This document shows positions 30,290 to 40,586 of a DNA stretch of 64,000 nt, piece after piece. Position 1 is the first letter of the stretch. Each line of letters starts with the position of its first letter. A program made the translations under genes and the position numbers. Under the pieces are notes generated by a model. That model was given only the letters and a program-made list of their open reading frames with translations, searched no databases and was not told the DNA's origin. The stretch comes from an uncultured delta proteobacterium (GTDB lineage Bacteria > Myxococcota_A > Polyangia > Fen-1088). The stretch lies in NCBI GenBank assembly GCA_963796685.1, contig CAWCMR010000025.1:544001-608000 (forward strand), read 5' to 3'.

Positions 30290-30724
30290 ATGTACCTCGA
30301 TAGCGCCATCCTGGTGAAGCTCGTGGCGCGCGAATCCGATAGCCTCTTCTACGCGGACATGGTCGAGGGTCAAATTGCTTGGTCGGCCGAGCTGGCTTTG
30401 TCCGAGTGCTTCTCGGCCCTCCTGCGCAAGGAGCGTGAAGGGGCCATCACCGCCCGGCATCGCAATGCGGCCTGGAAACAGCTGGAAGATGACGTCAACC
30501 ATCACCGCCTGAACCTCGTGGGGGTTACCCGCGCACTTCTTGAGCAGGCTAATGCCATCATGGCCACGTGCCACCCTGCTGTCCCGCTACGCTCCTTGGA
30601 CGCCATCCACTTGGCCGCCGCCGCTCAGTGCACCTCGTGGCCCTTGTGCACCAGCGACGCTCGAATGCGTACGGCGGCAGCCATCCTGGGTTTCCCGCTG
30701 TCACCGCTGCCGAGAGCGCGGTGA
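30290..30724 (+). CDS. VapC/PIN toxin
   Basis: MYLDSAILVK...LRSLDAIHLAAA...TSD. Confidence 0.88.
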   Translation: MYLDSAILVKLVARESDSLFYADMVEGQIAWSAELALSECFSALLRKEREGAITARHRNAAWKQLEDDVNHHRLNLVGVTRALLEQANAIMATCHPAVPLRSLDAIHLAAAAQCTSWPLCTSDARMRTAAAILGFPLSPLPRAR

Positions 30725-30743
30725 GTACCCTCGCCTTGCGCTT

Positions 30744-33540
30744 CTATTGCACGGTGATCGTCGCCAACCTCAGACGGTCGTGGCCGTCGCTGGCGCTGGC
30801 GGGCGTAACGGGCGCGCGCGCATTGCCCTTGAAAAGGCCGACGTAGACCGTGTAGAGGCCGGGGGGCATGGCCTGGGTGAAGGTGATGTGCAGGCGATCG
30901 CGGATGCGCTGCCCTGGGTGCCAGCGCTCCATGGGATAGGCGCCCTCGACGGGAACGTGGTCGAGGTTGCGGAAGCCGCCCGGGCCTTCCATGTGGAAGA
31001 AGAGCTTCCAGCCCGGCTCCATGCGGCCGCGCAACTCGAAATAGGTGACCAGCTGCGCGCTGTCGCCGCGGCGAACGGGCTGGGGCGAGAAATCGTAGCC
31101 CGCGACGTGCAAGCTGGGACCGATGGTGGCATCCAACGGCCGGCTGGGCGCGGGCATGGGCGAGCCGGCGGTCGCGACCCCGAAGGCGATCTTGTCGGCG
31201 TACCCCGGCGGCAGCGACAGCAGGGCCACGCGATTGCGCAGCTCTTCCTTGAGCTGCGAGCACGCGGGCTCGCCGGCGGGCGTCCCCCACAGATCCTTCA
31301 GCTCGCCGGGATCGTGGGCAATGTCGTAGCACTCGGTGGTGTTGTCGGGCGTCCAGTTCCAGATCAGGTGATGTGTGGCCGTGACCAGGGCGCGGCGCTT
31401 GACGTTGCCCTCGTAGCTGACCTCCTGAAAGACCGGCCCGGGCGGCGGCTCGGCCGGCTTGCCGGCCAGCAAATCGACCAGCGAGCGGCCGAGGAAAGAT
31501 GGCTCGTGCGGTCCGCGCGCCAGGTTGACGATGGTGGGGGCCAAGTCCACGTGACCGACCGGCGTGGTCAACCGCTGCGCGGGTAGGCCGGGCACGCGGA
31601 TGATGAACGGCACCTTGGTGTGCGGCATGTACAGGTGATAGCCGTGGGCCACGATGCCGTGCTCGCCCAACGATTCGCCATGATCGCCGACCACGATGAT
31701 GGCGGTCTTGTCCCAAAGCCCAAGCGTCCGCAACTCGTCGAGCACGCGGCCGAATTGCTGATCGGTGAACCAGAATCTCGCCATCGTAGAGGTCGGCCTG
31801 GGTATTGCCGAAATTCGGCGCCTCGGGGTGGCGTTGGTAGTCGAGGTGCGGGTCGTAAAAGTGCATCCACAGGAAGAACTTCTCTTGCCCATGGGCCTGC
31901 AAGAACGCGATGCCCTTGTCCGCCATCTGCCGCGCGGAGCTGCCCACGGATTCGGCCGGGCCGTTGACGTTGGTGTGCAGGGCCGCGCAGCTATCGTCGT
32001 AGTAATCGACGCCGCGCTCGTACCCGCGCTGGTCGGCGCGGTTGAAATAGCTGTAGGCGTAGAAAGCCGCCGTGGTGTAACCCAGGCCCTTCATGACCTG
32101 GGCGATCATCGGCTGGGTGGGCGCGATACGCGGCCACCAAATCGACTCGTCCCAGTCGATGGCCGAAGGCCAGCGGCCCGTGGCGATGGCCGGCATCGAA
32201 TAGCGCGTGGAGGGCGCGTGGGCCCAGCCGTTGACGAACAACGTGGACTCGGCGGCCAGGCGATCGATATTCGGCGAGGTCGGCCGCGCGTAGCCGTAGC
32301 AGCCCAGGTGATCGGCGCGCAGGGTGTCGATGGTGACGAGCAAGAACTTCAGATCCTTCGGCACGGCGTCGGGAACCGGCTGAAACGGCGGCGAGCGCAG
32401 GGCCTCGGCCGTGGCGTCCTTGCCGTCGCAGTCCTGATCGATGCCGTCGTCGGGCCAGTCGCGCGCGCCAGGATTACGCTCCGGATCGCTGTCGTCGCAG
32501 TCGCCGCCGCCGAAGAAGCGCGCGTAGCCGTCGTGGTCGAAATCGGTCAGACGCTGCCCGAGGGCCAGCAGTTGGCCGCCCAGGCCGGCGTGCGCCGAAG
32601 CCGCCTTGCGGGCGGGCTCGTATTCCGAGGCCGTGAAGACCGACACCAGCGCAAGAAGCGGCAAACCGATTACCAGCGCGAGATTCCAGCGTCGGGCCAG
32701 AGCACGCCCGCGCAAGAGCAGCGTGAGGGCCGTTCCCGCGACGATGACTCCGACGATCACCGCCACCAAGGTCCAGGGCAGGAATTGAAAATCCTTGACC
32801 CAACGCAATCGAATCAGAGCGACCACGGGCACTCCGAACAGCACGGCGGCGACGATCGCGGCCTGCCACCCGCGCACCCGCGCAAGGCGCGCGCTCGACC
32901 ACGCCAGCGCGAACGGAAGCAGGCCCGACAGGCAAGCTGCCCAGGTCGCGCGTGAAGAAAGAATGTCTTTGCGCAAGGGCGCGCGCGTGCGCCACACGAG
33001 CATGAACACGCAGGCTTCGAGGACCAGGCCGAGAAGAGGCGCGAGCACGAGCACGCCGGCCGGGCTGACCGCTGGCGCAACTCCCGGCGCGGCTGACTTG
33101 GCGCGAAAACCGGGCAACGAACCGAGCACCCGGCGCAATGCCGGGCCGACAAAGGACGCCGCGAAGCCCGCCGCGAAGGTGGCCAGCACCACGACCCCGG
33201 CGGCGAGAAAGCGATTGTTGCGCTGGGCTGTACCCGTGACAGCGGCGACGGCTGCGCCCGCGGAGGCCGCCCCGGCCAAGAGCCAGCCCAGGCCACCCGC
33301 AAGCCAGCCGGACTTTCGGCCGCGCCCCCAACTTGCCACGACCAAGAGCAGCGCCAGGGCGGCACCGGCCGCCGCGGCCGCCAGTACGTCGAAGCCGAGG
33401 GTCAAGACCACGCACGCGAGCAAACCCGCGAGCTGAACATGCCCCAGAACCGCGGCCCGGAGACCGTCCGCGACGCCAACCAGCACGCCCGCCAGCACGG
33501 CGGCGCGGAGCACGACAGCGGGTAGCTTCGGAGAGGACAT
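30744..33540 (-). CDS. membrane-anchored sulfatase-like hydrolase/transferase; frameshift near 31775
   Basis: Multi-TM N-terminus; DCDDSDP...DGIDQDCDG motif; [29 protein letters not shown]. Confidence 0.8.
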
Positions 33541-33714
33541 CGACTTTACTGCTAGCAGGGATTGCCCCCAGGTCAAAGCAGGTTAGGAGCAGAAGACGAC
33601 GAAGAGGAGACCGGAGAGCCAACCGCGTCGGTGTGGTTGGCGAGGGAGACGTTCGATGACTCGTGGACAAGCTGTGGGTAGCGCGGAATCTGCCCTCCTT
33701 GCTACTATTTCTCC

Positions 33715-34167
33715 GTGACGATCTTCGAGGAACTACGCGCGGTGTTAGCTGCGCTCGACCAGGCCGGGGTGGAATATGCGCTGGTTGGCGGATTGGCCGT
33801 CGCAGTCTGGGGGGCACCGCGGGCCACGAAGGACATCGACTTGCTCGTCCAACCGGCCGATCTATCGAGAGCCATGGCCTCCGTGCGCACGCGCGGATTC
33901 ACCCTCGAAGCCTTGCCCTTCGAGTTCAAGGACGGCACGACCCTCCATCGGGTGAGCAAGGTGGACGAGCAAGGCAACCTCATGACCCTGGATTTCATTC
34001 TCGTCGACCACAACCTCGCCCCCGCATGGGCGAGCCGGTCATCGCTTCCACTTGGGACCGAACACGTCGTCGTCATCTCACGCGAGGCCCTGATCGCGAT
34101 GAAGGCTCTCGCGGCCAGACCCCAGGACCTCGCGGACATCCAAAATCTCAAGGATGGCGATCGATGA
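33715..34167 (+). CDS. nucleotidyltransferase-family protein
   Basis: YALVGGLAV...RATKDIDLL...MKALAARPQDLADI. Confidence 0.8.
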   Translation: MTIFEELRAVLAALDQAGVEYALVGGLAVAVWGAPRATKDIDLLVQPADLSRAMASVRTRGFTLEALPFEFKDGTTLHRVSKVDEQGNLMTLDFILVDHNLAPAWASRSSLPLGTEHVVVISREALIAMKALAARPQDLADIQNLKDGDR

Positions 34168-34370
34168 GCATCGACATGTCGGGGCAAGCCATCGAAGCGC
34201 GATTGCGTAAGGCCAGTCGGATGGTCGGCTCGCTACGACCGGAGTCGCGTCTGGACACGAAGCTGGACCTGAGCGGCGCCGCGGTTGCCGCCCGCCTCAA
34301 GGAGGCGTCCGACCTGCTCGACCTGTGCCGGTCGTTGGCGCGCGCTCAGCAAGTTACCGGCCCAGCCTGA
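34164..34370 (+). CDS. small partner protein of the nucleotidyltransferase
   Basis: ATGA overlap; MSIDMSGQAIEARL...DLSGAAVAARLKEASDLLDLCRSL. Confidence 0.6.
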   Translation: MSIDMSGQAIEARLRKASRMVGSLRPESRLDTKLDLSGAAVAARLKEASDLLDLCRSLARAQQVTGPA

Positions 34371-34439
34371 GCTTCGCCGCCAGCCATCCACGGCACACAC
34401 GCTCTGCCGCGCATCCCGCCCGATAACCTGCCAGGTGAG

Positions 34440-35698
34440 GCCGAGCACGACGACCGGTTCGACGCCGACCTGGAGACGCTCGTGCGCTCGTTGCGGCATG
34501 CAACTCGCGCAAGGCTGCCGTTGCCGCCACGTGAAAAGAGCCGCCTGACCGCAGTACGACAGCCGCCGCCCTGGGAGCGGTTGTTGGATCAGGCGAGGCA
34601 ACAGGCTGGCCCAGAACCGGTGGTGGCCCGCCCGGTGGCGCGCGTGCTCCTGTACGTCGTCGACGCGGTACGGAGCAGCGGTGGCGATCTCGTGCTTTTG
34701 GTGATGGAGCGGTCGCAGCGCAAGGATGGCAAGTGGGGCAAGGAGAAACGCGCGCGCGTGCCTATCGCCGAGCTGCCGCTGCTGGCCGACGAGCACGACC
34801 GCGAGATCCTCCCGTTGCTCCAAACCGCCAGCGGTCCCAGCAGTAGCTATTACTACGGGTACACGGCACCCACCTTTGTCAGCGAGGTTCGCGTGCCTGC
34901 GGACATGGTCGCCATGCTGATGCCGCGACTTTCAGCGACCGGGCGGCTGCACATGCGCACCGGCCCGGACGAGATGAAGCCCGCGAGCTACGACGGCGAG
35001 CGCGCCTGGGAGCTTGCGCTGGTGGTCGAGCGCGACGCCGCTCGACCTTACACGGACGTGGTGGGCCAGCTCCGACGGGGCGACGAATGCGTGGATCTCG
35101 CCGTTCCTCTGGTGCTGGCCCGGGCGGGCTGGCTCTTGTTTCCGGATTGCGTCTCCCGGTTCGAGCATTTCCACGCCTTCGGCATGGTGGCCACCCTGTG
35201 CGAGCACCAGCGCATCCGGGTACCGCGCGGCCAGGAAGATAAGCTGCTCGCCAAGCTCCTGGCACTGCCCGGCTTGCCGCGCCTCGTGCTGCCCGCCGAG
35301 CTCGCGCTGCGCGAGATCGCGGTGCCACCGCAACCGGTCCTCAAGATCGGTCCCCCCGACCAGCGCTCGCGCTGGCGCACCTCGGACGATCGGCCGGTGG
35401 CCGAGCTGCTCTTCGACTACCAGGGGGCGTGGGCCTGAATCTCACCGCCGCCGACTACGTCTTCATCCTCGACCCCTGGTGGAACCCCGCCGTCGAAGCG
35501 CAGGCCGTGGATCGCGCCCACCGCATCGGACAGGGCAAGCGCGTGTTCGTCTATCGCCTGCTGGCCAATGAAACCGTCGAGGAGAAGGTCGCGGCGCTCC
35601 AGGAATCGAAGCGCGGGCTCGCGGAATCGATCATCACCGGCGACAACAGCCTGCTACGCGAGCTCGACCGCGAGACCCTGGAGGCGCTGCTGGGCTAG
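34440..35698 (+). pseudogene. SNF2-family helicase remnant with a large internal deletion
   Basis: N-terminal region runs out of frame at 35423-35428 into [36 protein letters not shown]; motifs I-IV are absent. Confidence 0.75.
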
Positions 35699-35732
35699 CG
35701 GATACAAACGAGGGCGACTTGCCCCCTTACGC

Positions 35733-37670
35733 TCATTCGATCGGCCCTTGATTCTTCTTGGGCTTGACGAATCGGGGTGGCGCCTTGACCGGCCCGAGCG
35801 GCGAGCGATGGAGCAGCACCGGCAGGACCTTGCCGCTGGTGACGATCTCCATGTGTCCCAAGTCGGACGCGATTTCGAGCACAGGCGTCTTGCGCTCGGC
35901 TGGGGTCAGATCGCGGTAGGTTTCGGGCAGGCTCGCCCGCCGCGTGGCAGCGGAAACTTTTTCGAGAAACGACGCCACGCGGTTGGCGGTGTCCTTGGAG
36001 ACCAAGGTCATGCGCGGCTCTTCGCCGCTCGGCTGGCGCGCGAGCCAAGCCTGGAACTTGTCGTCCATCCCGTAGAGCGCATCGAGGAGGATGAAGTCGT
36101 CGACCTTTGCGCCATCCTTGTCTTGCTCTTGCGCCCAACTTCCGAGGGTGCGCCACGCGCCGCTGTGCCCGACCGCGACGATGGGTCCGCGCGCCTTGAT
36201 GCCGGCAAGCTGCCGCTCGACCTCTTTGAGCAGCTCGGAAAGCACGGGCCAGAACACCTCTTCGTTGCCGCCGCTCGGAGCCTCGGGAACGATGAACAGC
36301 GCGTTCAGCTTGCTGGCCGCGAACTGTTCGGCCAGGGCGTGCTGCACCCAGGCCCCGTCCACGTTGGTGTAGTAGCCGTGCACGTAGAGCACGGTGCCGG
36401 CGCTGGTGGGGTCGTAGCCGCGCGGCCGCCACACATGAATGGGCCCCTTGTCGGTTTGCAGGCGCCAGTGGGCGCCGCCCGACACCTGATCCGTCGCCGG
36501 CTCCGAGGTCTCGGTCGCCGCGGCCTTGCCGGTCCGCCTGGTCACCATCATGTGTCCGTGTCCATCGATGTCGGGATAGCCGAAATAGAAGGGCAGCATG
36601 CGTTTGGGGCTGGCCTGCCACAGGGTCAGAAACTCGCTCTTGATATGGGAATGCTTGGCCAGGAACGGCCCGTGAAACTGGCCGTAGCACTCCTGCTCGA
36701 AGCCGGCCGCGCGCGCCAGCGACGGCTGGATACCGGTCGAGTCGGAGATCATCCACGCCGCGTGGTCGAGCAAATAGGAACGGATGTGCGAGAAGGTGTC
36801 GAACCAAAGCAGGTAGCTGGCGGCCTTGATCAGCACCGATACGTTACCTTTGGCGGTCAGATACAAAGCGAGCGGGCGGTTGGCCAGGAAATGCGCGTCG
36901 TCCAAGTTCGCAGCGATGTGTCGGTACACGCGCAGCGGCGCCTTGGCATCTTGGCGCGGCCGGAAGGTGATCTCCACATTGGCAAAGGGGTTGGGGGCAT
37001 CCTTTGCCCGCGGCACACCGACCGCCGGCAACTCGCTCGCCGAGAGGTAGGTCAACTTTCCCTGCTCACCCAGACGGAAATAGCGCAGCGACACCGGCAC
37101 GTAGTCGAAGACCGAGAAGGCCACCAGGGCAAAGGCGATTTCGCCGGGCAGCGAGGAATGCGAGCCGGCCTTGAGGTTGGTCGTCTTGGAGTGGCTGACC
37201 GCAAAGAGGCAACGCAGGTGCTCGAGGGTGGAATCCAAGCTGGTCTTGAGCTGCCTACCCGTGAGCGATTCCAGCCCGCGCACATCGCCGGCGGCCTCCA
37301 GGGAAATGGTGGTGAATTCGTCGGCATTGGGGAAGGTTGCCAGCGCGGTCACCAAGTCGCCGCCGCCAAAGGGATAGACCACGGACTTGGGCAAGTCGGC
37401 CGGAACGACGCGTGAAAGAAATGGCCGCGTGCGCTCGATCCAATGTGCATGGTATTTGGCGGTCTGCTCGCGCAGCATCGCGCAGTGGTGCTCGAGCAAC
37501 GGAGCAGGCCAGCCCGCCGGCATCTCCGCGTCACCCGCGCAGGCGACCAGATGGTAAAGCAGTCGCGCCTCGACGATGAAATCGGTGCCATCCTGGCCGG
37601 CGACTTCGGGCTTGGTGGGCTCGGCGTGCCCGGCCGAAGCCGGTCCCAGGCAGCCCAGCAACACAAGCAT
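35733..37670 (-). CDS. secreted two-domain hypothetical protein with C-terminal alpha/beta-hydrolase-like domain
   Basis: Signal peptide; YPFGGGD, KAASYLL, SDSTGI; C-terminal YVHGY, GHSGA, LLDALYG, GHMEIV. The start may be 37711 with a frameshift. Confidence 0.55.
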   Translation of the reverse strand: MLVLLGCLGPASAGHAEPTKPEVAGQDGTDFIVEARLLYHLVACAGDAEMPAGWPAPLLEHHCAMLREQTAKYHAHWIERTRPFLSRVVPADLPKSVVYPFGGGDLVTALATFPNADEFTTISLEAAGDVRGLESLTGRQLKTSLDSTLEHLRCLFAVSHSKTTNLKAGSHSSLPGEIAFALVAFSVFDYVPVSLRYFRLGEQGKLTYLSASELPAVGVPRAKDAPNPFANVEITFRPRQDAKAPLRVYRHIAANLDDAHFLANRPLALYLTAKGNVSVLIKAASYLLWFDTFSHIRSYLLDHAAWMISDSTGIQPSLARAAGFEQECYGQFHGPFLAKHSHIKSEFLTLWQASPKRMLPFYFGYPDIDGHGHMMVTRRTGKAAATETSEPATDQVSGGAHWRLQTDKGPIHVWRPRGYDPTSAGTVLYVHGYYTNVDGAWVQHALAEQFAASKLNALFIVPEAPSGGNEEVFWPVLSELLKEVERQLAGIKARGPIVAVGHSGAWRTLGSWAQEQDKDGAKVDDFILLDALYGMDDKFQAWLARQPSGEEPRMTLVSKDTANRVASFLEKVSAATRRASLPETYRDLTPAERKTPVLEIASDLGHMEIVTSGKVLPVLLHRSPLGPVKAPPRFVKPKKNQGPIE

Positions 37671-37862
37671 CAGGCGAAAGTGACGCGGACACCTCGCGCG
37701 ATGTTTCCCATCGTGTTTCCGATCGCATTTCCGACGAAGCACGCGGCGCAATCTACCCCACATGGTTCGAGGCGACCATAATCCCACGATAGCCGCAGAA
37801 GGTCGTGGCCGTGGTCGCGGTCGTGGTCTTGGATCGTCGGTACCATGGGGTAGACTCCAACC

Positions 37863-38420
37863 ATGCGGCCTGCCAGCTACGAGGACATCCTTCGGCTGCC
37901 AGACAACGTGGTCGGCGAAATCGTCTACGGCGAGCTGGTTGTCTCGCCTCGACCTGGACCAAGGCATGCACTCGCGAGCTCGACTCTCGGTATTGAAATC
38001 GGTGGTCCGTTCAGCCGTGGGCATGGCGGGCCTGGCGGCTGGATCATCCTCGACGAACCCGAGCTTCACCTCGGCCCGCAGGTTCTGGTCCCTGACTTGG
38101 CCGGCTGGCGGCGCGAGCGCATGCCGGCCCTTCCTGACGCCGCATGGTTCACCCTCGTGCCCGACTGGGTGTGTGAAGTTCTCTCGCCCTCTACGGCCAT
38201 TGTCGATCGCACCGGGAAGCAGGACATCTATCGCGAGCAGGGAGCTCCCTGGCTGTGGTTCGTGGACCCGGCCGCCCACACCATCGAAGCTCTCAGCCGC
38301 GCCGAGGCGCACTGGATCCTCGCCGGCTCGTTCGGTGGCAGCGGCGAAAGGCGCATTCCGCCTTTCGATGCCGTTCCTATTGACGTCGGTGCCCTCTGGG
38401 ACAACCCTGGGGCGCCCTAG
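37863..38420 (+). CDS. Uma2 family (PD-(D/E)XK) endonuclease
   Basis: EPELHL, VPDLAGWR, PDWVCEVLSPST, DRTGK. Confidence 0.9.
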   Translation: MRPASYEDILRLPDNVVGEIVYGELVVSPRPGPRHALASSTLGIEIGGPFSRGHGGPGGWIILDEPELHLGPQVLVPDLAGWRRERMPALPDAAWFTLVPDWVCEVLSPSTAIVDRTGKQDIYREQGAPWLWFVDPAAHTIEALSRAEAHWILAGSFGGSGERRIPPFDAVPIDVGALWDNPGAP

Positions 38421-38491
38421 CACAGACGTCGCCCGCAACCCAAGGCTTCCGGCTCCAGGCTTCGGGTTTTCTGGTCGAGAGTAGCGCTCCT

Positions 38492-38561
38492 CGGCCAGGC
38501 TCGGACCGGTGGTACGCGCCCTGCCACACCTTGGAAACCGTGAGCGCGCGTTGTCTGCCTC
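38492..38561 (+). repeat. imperfect direct repeat, copy 1 (copy 2 at 40518-40586)
   Basis: Shared CGGCCAGGC...TGGTAC...GCCACACCTTGGAAACC(G/A)TGAGC...TCTGCCTC. Confidence 0.7.
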
Positions 38562-38741
38562 TTGTGCTGGGAGCTCGGCCAGATAACGGAATCGCGACGC
38601 TCGCGCCACTGCACGAACAATGGAGCTTCTCTGCCGAGTAGTCATGAACAGGTTTGGTGCGTCAACCTCGGAGTTGGCGTTCGACGAGGAGTGCACAGAG
38701 CGCTCCATGCAGAACACGATGGCTTCAGCTTGGAGGTTTTC

Positions 38742-40184
38742 ATGCGCCTAGCACGATTCAATAGGGTCGCTCTCTCACTCTTCCTTGGGTTCCTCGGGTG
38801 TTCCTCAGGAACCGGAGGTACTGCCGGCCAAGGAGGTGCTAGCACCAATGGCGGCACCTCGGGCAAGGGCGGTGCGACCGGCTCGGGCGGTGCGACCAGC
38901 TCGGGCGGTGTGACCGGCTCGGGCGGTGCGACCAGCTCGGGCGGTGCGACCGGCTCGGGCGGCGTGACTGGGAGTGGTGGCCACGGCTCGGGCGGCGCGA
39001 CCGTTGCGGGCGGCGCGAGCGGTTCGGGTGGCACGACCAGCTCAGGTGGCACGACCAGCCTGGGTGGTGCGACTGGCGGTGGCGGTGCGACAGGCTCGGG
39101 CGGCGCGACTGGTTCGAGTGGCGCGACAGGCTCGGGCGGCGCGACCGGCTTGGGCGGCGCGACCGGCTTGGGCGGCGCGACCGGCTTGGGCGGCGCGACT
39201 GGCTTGGGTGGCGCGACTGGCTTGGGCGGCGCGACCGGCTTGGGCGGCACTACCGGAGGCCTCTCCGCCGCGGTTCCGAGCAAGGGATGTGGCAAGACCG
39301 ATGGTGCGAAAACGGTGACGACCGGCGGCTCGTCGATTTCAGGCGGTCTTTCCACGTCGACCCGACTCAAGATCACGAGCGGCGGAGCGAGTCACGAATA
39401 CATCATCGACATTCCGGCGGATTACGATCCGACGCACCCGTATCGCCTGATCTTTTCCTGGTACCAGGCGTATGGTTCGGACACCGGCAATGCGACCGGC
39501 CTACATCCCGCCAATGATGGTCCCAACTTCAACGCAACCGACTATGCCTATTACGGCCTCCAGCGCGAAGCGACCGCGGCGAAACAGCCAGCCATCTTCA
39601 TAGCGCCCGCAGGGAGCGGCAACACGCCCTGGGATTTCACGCGAGACAGTGTCCTCTTCGACGACATTCTCGCCTTCGTCGACGCGAACCTGTGCATCGA
39701 CGACAGCAGGGTTTTTTCCACGGGCTTCAGCTTCGGAGCGATGATGACCTATGCCCTGTCGATCACGCGTCAGACGAAGCTTCGCGCGGTGGTTGCCATG
39801 GCGGCGGCCAACTACAACCTTCCCGGTGAGCCGACGGATTCCAATGCGGCGCCCATCGCGTACATGGGTACGGTCGGCATGAGTGATGGAACCTGTCCTT
39901 ACGTCAACTCGGATTCGAGCAAGACGGGCGGAAAATGGTGCGCGATTACCCACGCCCAGGACAATGGCTGCACGATTCCTACGACCATCCCAACCACAAC
40001 GGTCGGCAGCAAGAAATATCTCTGCTACGATTTCGAAGGGTGCAAGGCGGGTTATCCCGTCAAGATGTGCACGTTCGATGGCCCACACACCCCATCGGTC
40101 GTGGATGACGGGTCCAACACCGGGGATGACGGCCTGAAGGCCTTCATTCCACCGCTGGCCTGGCAGTTCATCACGCAGTTCTAA
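38742..40184 (+). CDS. CE1/feruloyl-esterase-like lipoprotein with Gly-rich linker
   Basis: GGAGG RBS; FLGC lipobox; PSKGCGK, CIDDSRVFSTGFSFGAMM, DGTC, FDGPH. Confidence 0.8.
   Translation: MRLARFNRVALSLFLGFLGCSSGTGGTAGQGGASTNGGTSGKGGATGSGGATSSGGVTGSGGATSSGGATGSGGVTGSGGHGSGGATVAGGASGSGGTTSSGGTTSLGGATGGGGATGSGGATGSSGATGSGGATGLGGATGLGGATGLGGATGLGGATGLGGATGLGGTTGGLSAAVPSKGCGKTDGAKTVTTGGSSISGGLSTSTRLKITSGGASHEYIIDIPADYDPTHPYRLIFSWYQAYGSDTGNATGLHPANDGPNFNATDYAYYGLQREATAAKQPAIFIAPAGSGNTPWDFTRDSVLFDDILAFVDANLCIDDSRVFSTGFSFGAMMTYALSITRQTKLRAVVAMAAANYNLPGEPTDSNAAPIAYMGTVGMSDGTCPYVNSDSSKTGGKWCAITHAQDNGCTIPTTIPTTTVGSKKYLCYDFEGCKAGYPVKMCTFDGPHTPSVVDDGSNTGDDGLKAFIPPLAWQFITQF
38865..39250 (+). repeat. 18-bp tandem repeats encoding GG(A/V)T(G/S)(S/L)
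   Basis: GGCGGCGCGACCGGCTTG-like unit about six times at 39135-39245, with related units upstream. Confidence 0.8.
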
Positions 40185-40517
40185 TCTCGCGCCAGTTCCG
40201 CGGCTACACCTATCCACGACTCGCCGATATCCCGGGTTTCGAGCGGACCCTGTACCACGACCAGCTCATGCTCCCCAAGGGACCTGAACTCCGGGGAGAA
40301 CTACACGGATGCCGTCGCACACGACCTGTGGCCCGCCGGCCCCGCTCTCGTGCTGGGGCCGCCCGCCAGGGGACTTCCACCGCCCATGACGTGAGCTCGC
40401 GGGATTCGCCCTCGCCCGCCTGGTCGGTGCCTCCTGCTTCGGCGTTCGCCGCATCTGGCGTGGGCGGCGCTGGGGGGGTCGGCACCACCTTGGCGCGATC
40501 CTTGGCCGTGGTCGTCG

Positions 40518-40586
40518 CGGCCAGGCCCGGCCTGGTACACTCCCGGCCACACCTTGGAAACCATGAGCACGCGCATTCTCTGCCTC
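40518..40586 (+). repeat. imperfect direct repeat, copy 2, spanning the maturation protease start
   Basis: Matches 38492-38561. Confidence 0.7.

Noticed and set aside
38865-39250. Short periodic repeats as a possible CRISPR array
   Set aside because: They are in-frame 18-bp coding repeats of a Gly-rich linker with no unique spacers and no cas genes; the same applies to 20088-20231 and 18460-18660.
40200-40500. Possible small minus-strand ORF or remnant between the esterase and the protease
   Set aside because: No recognisable motif, start or RBS.
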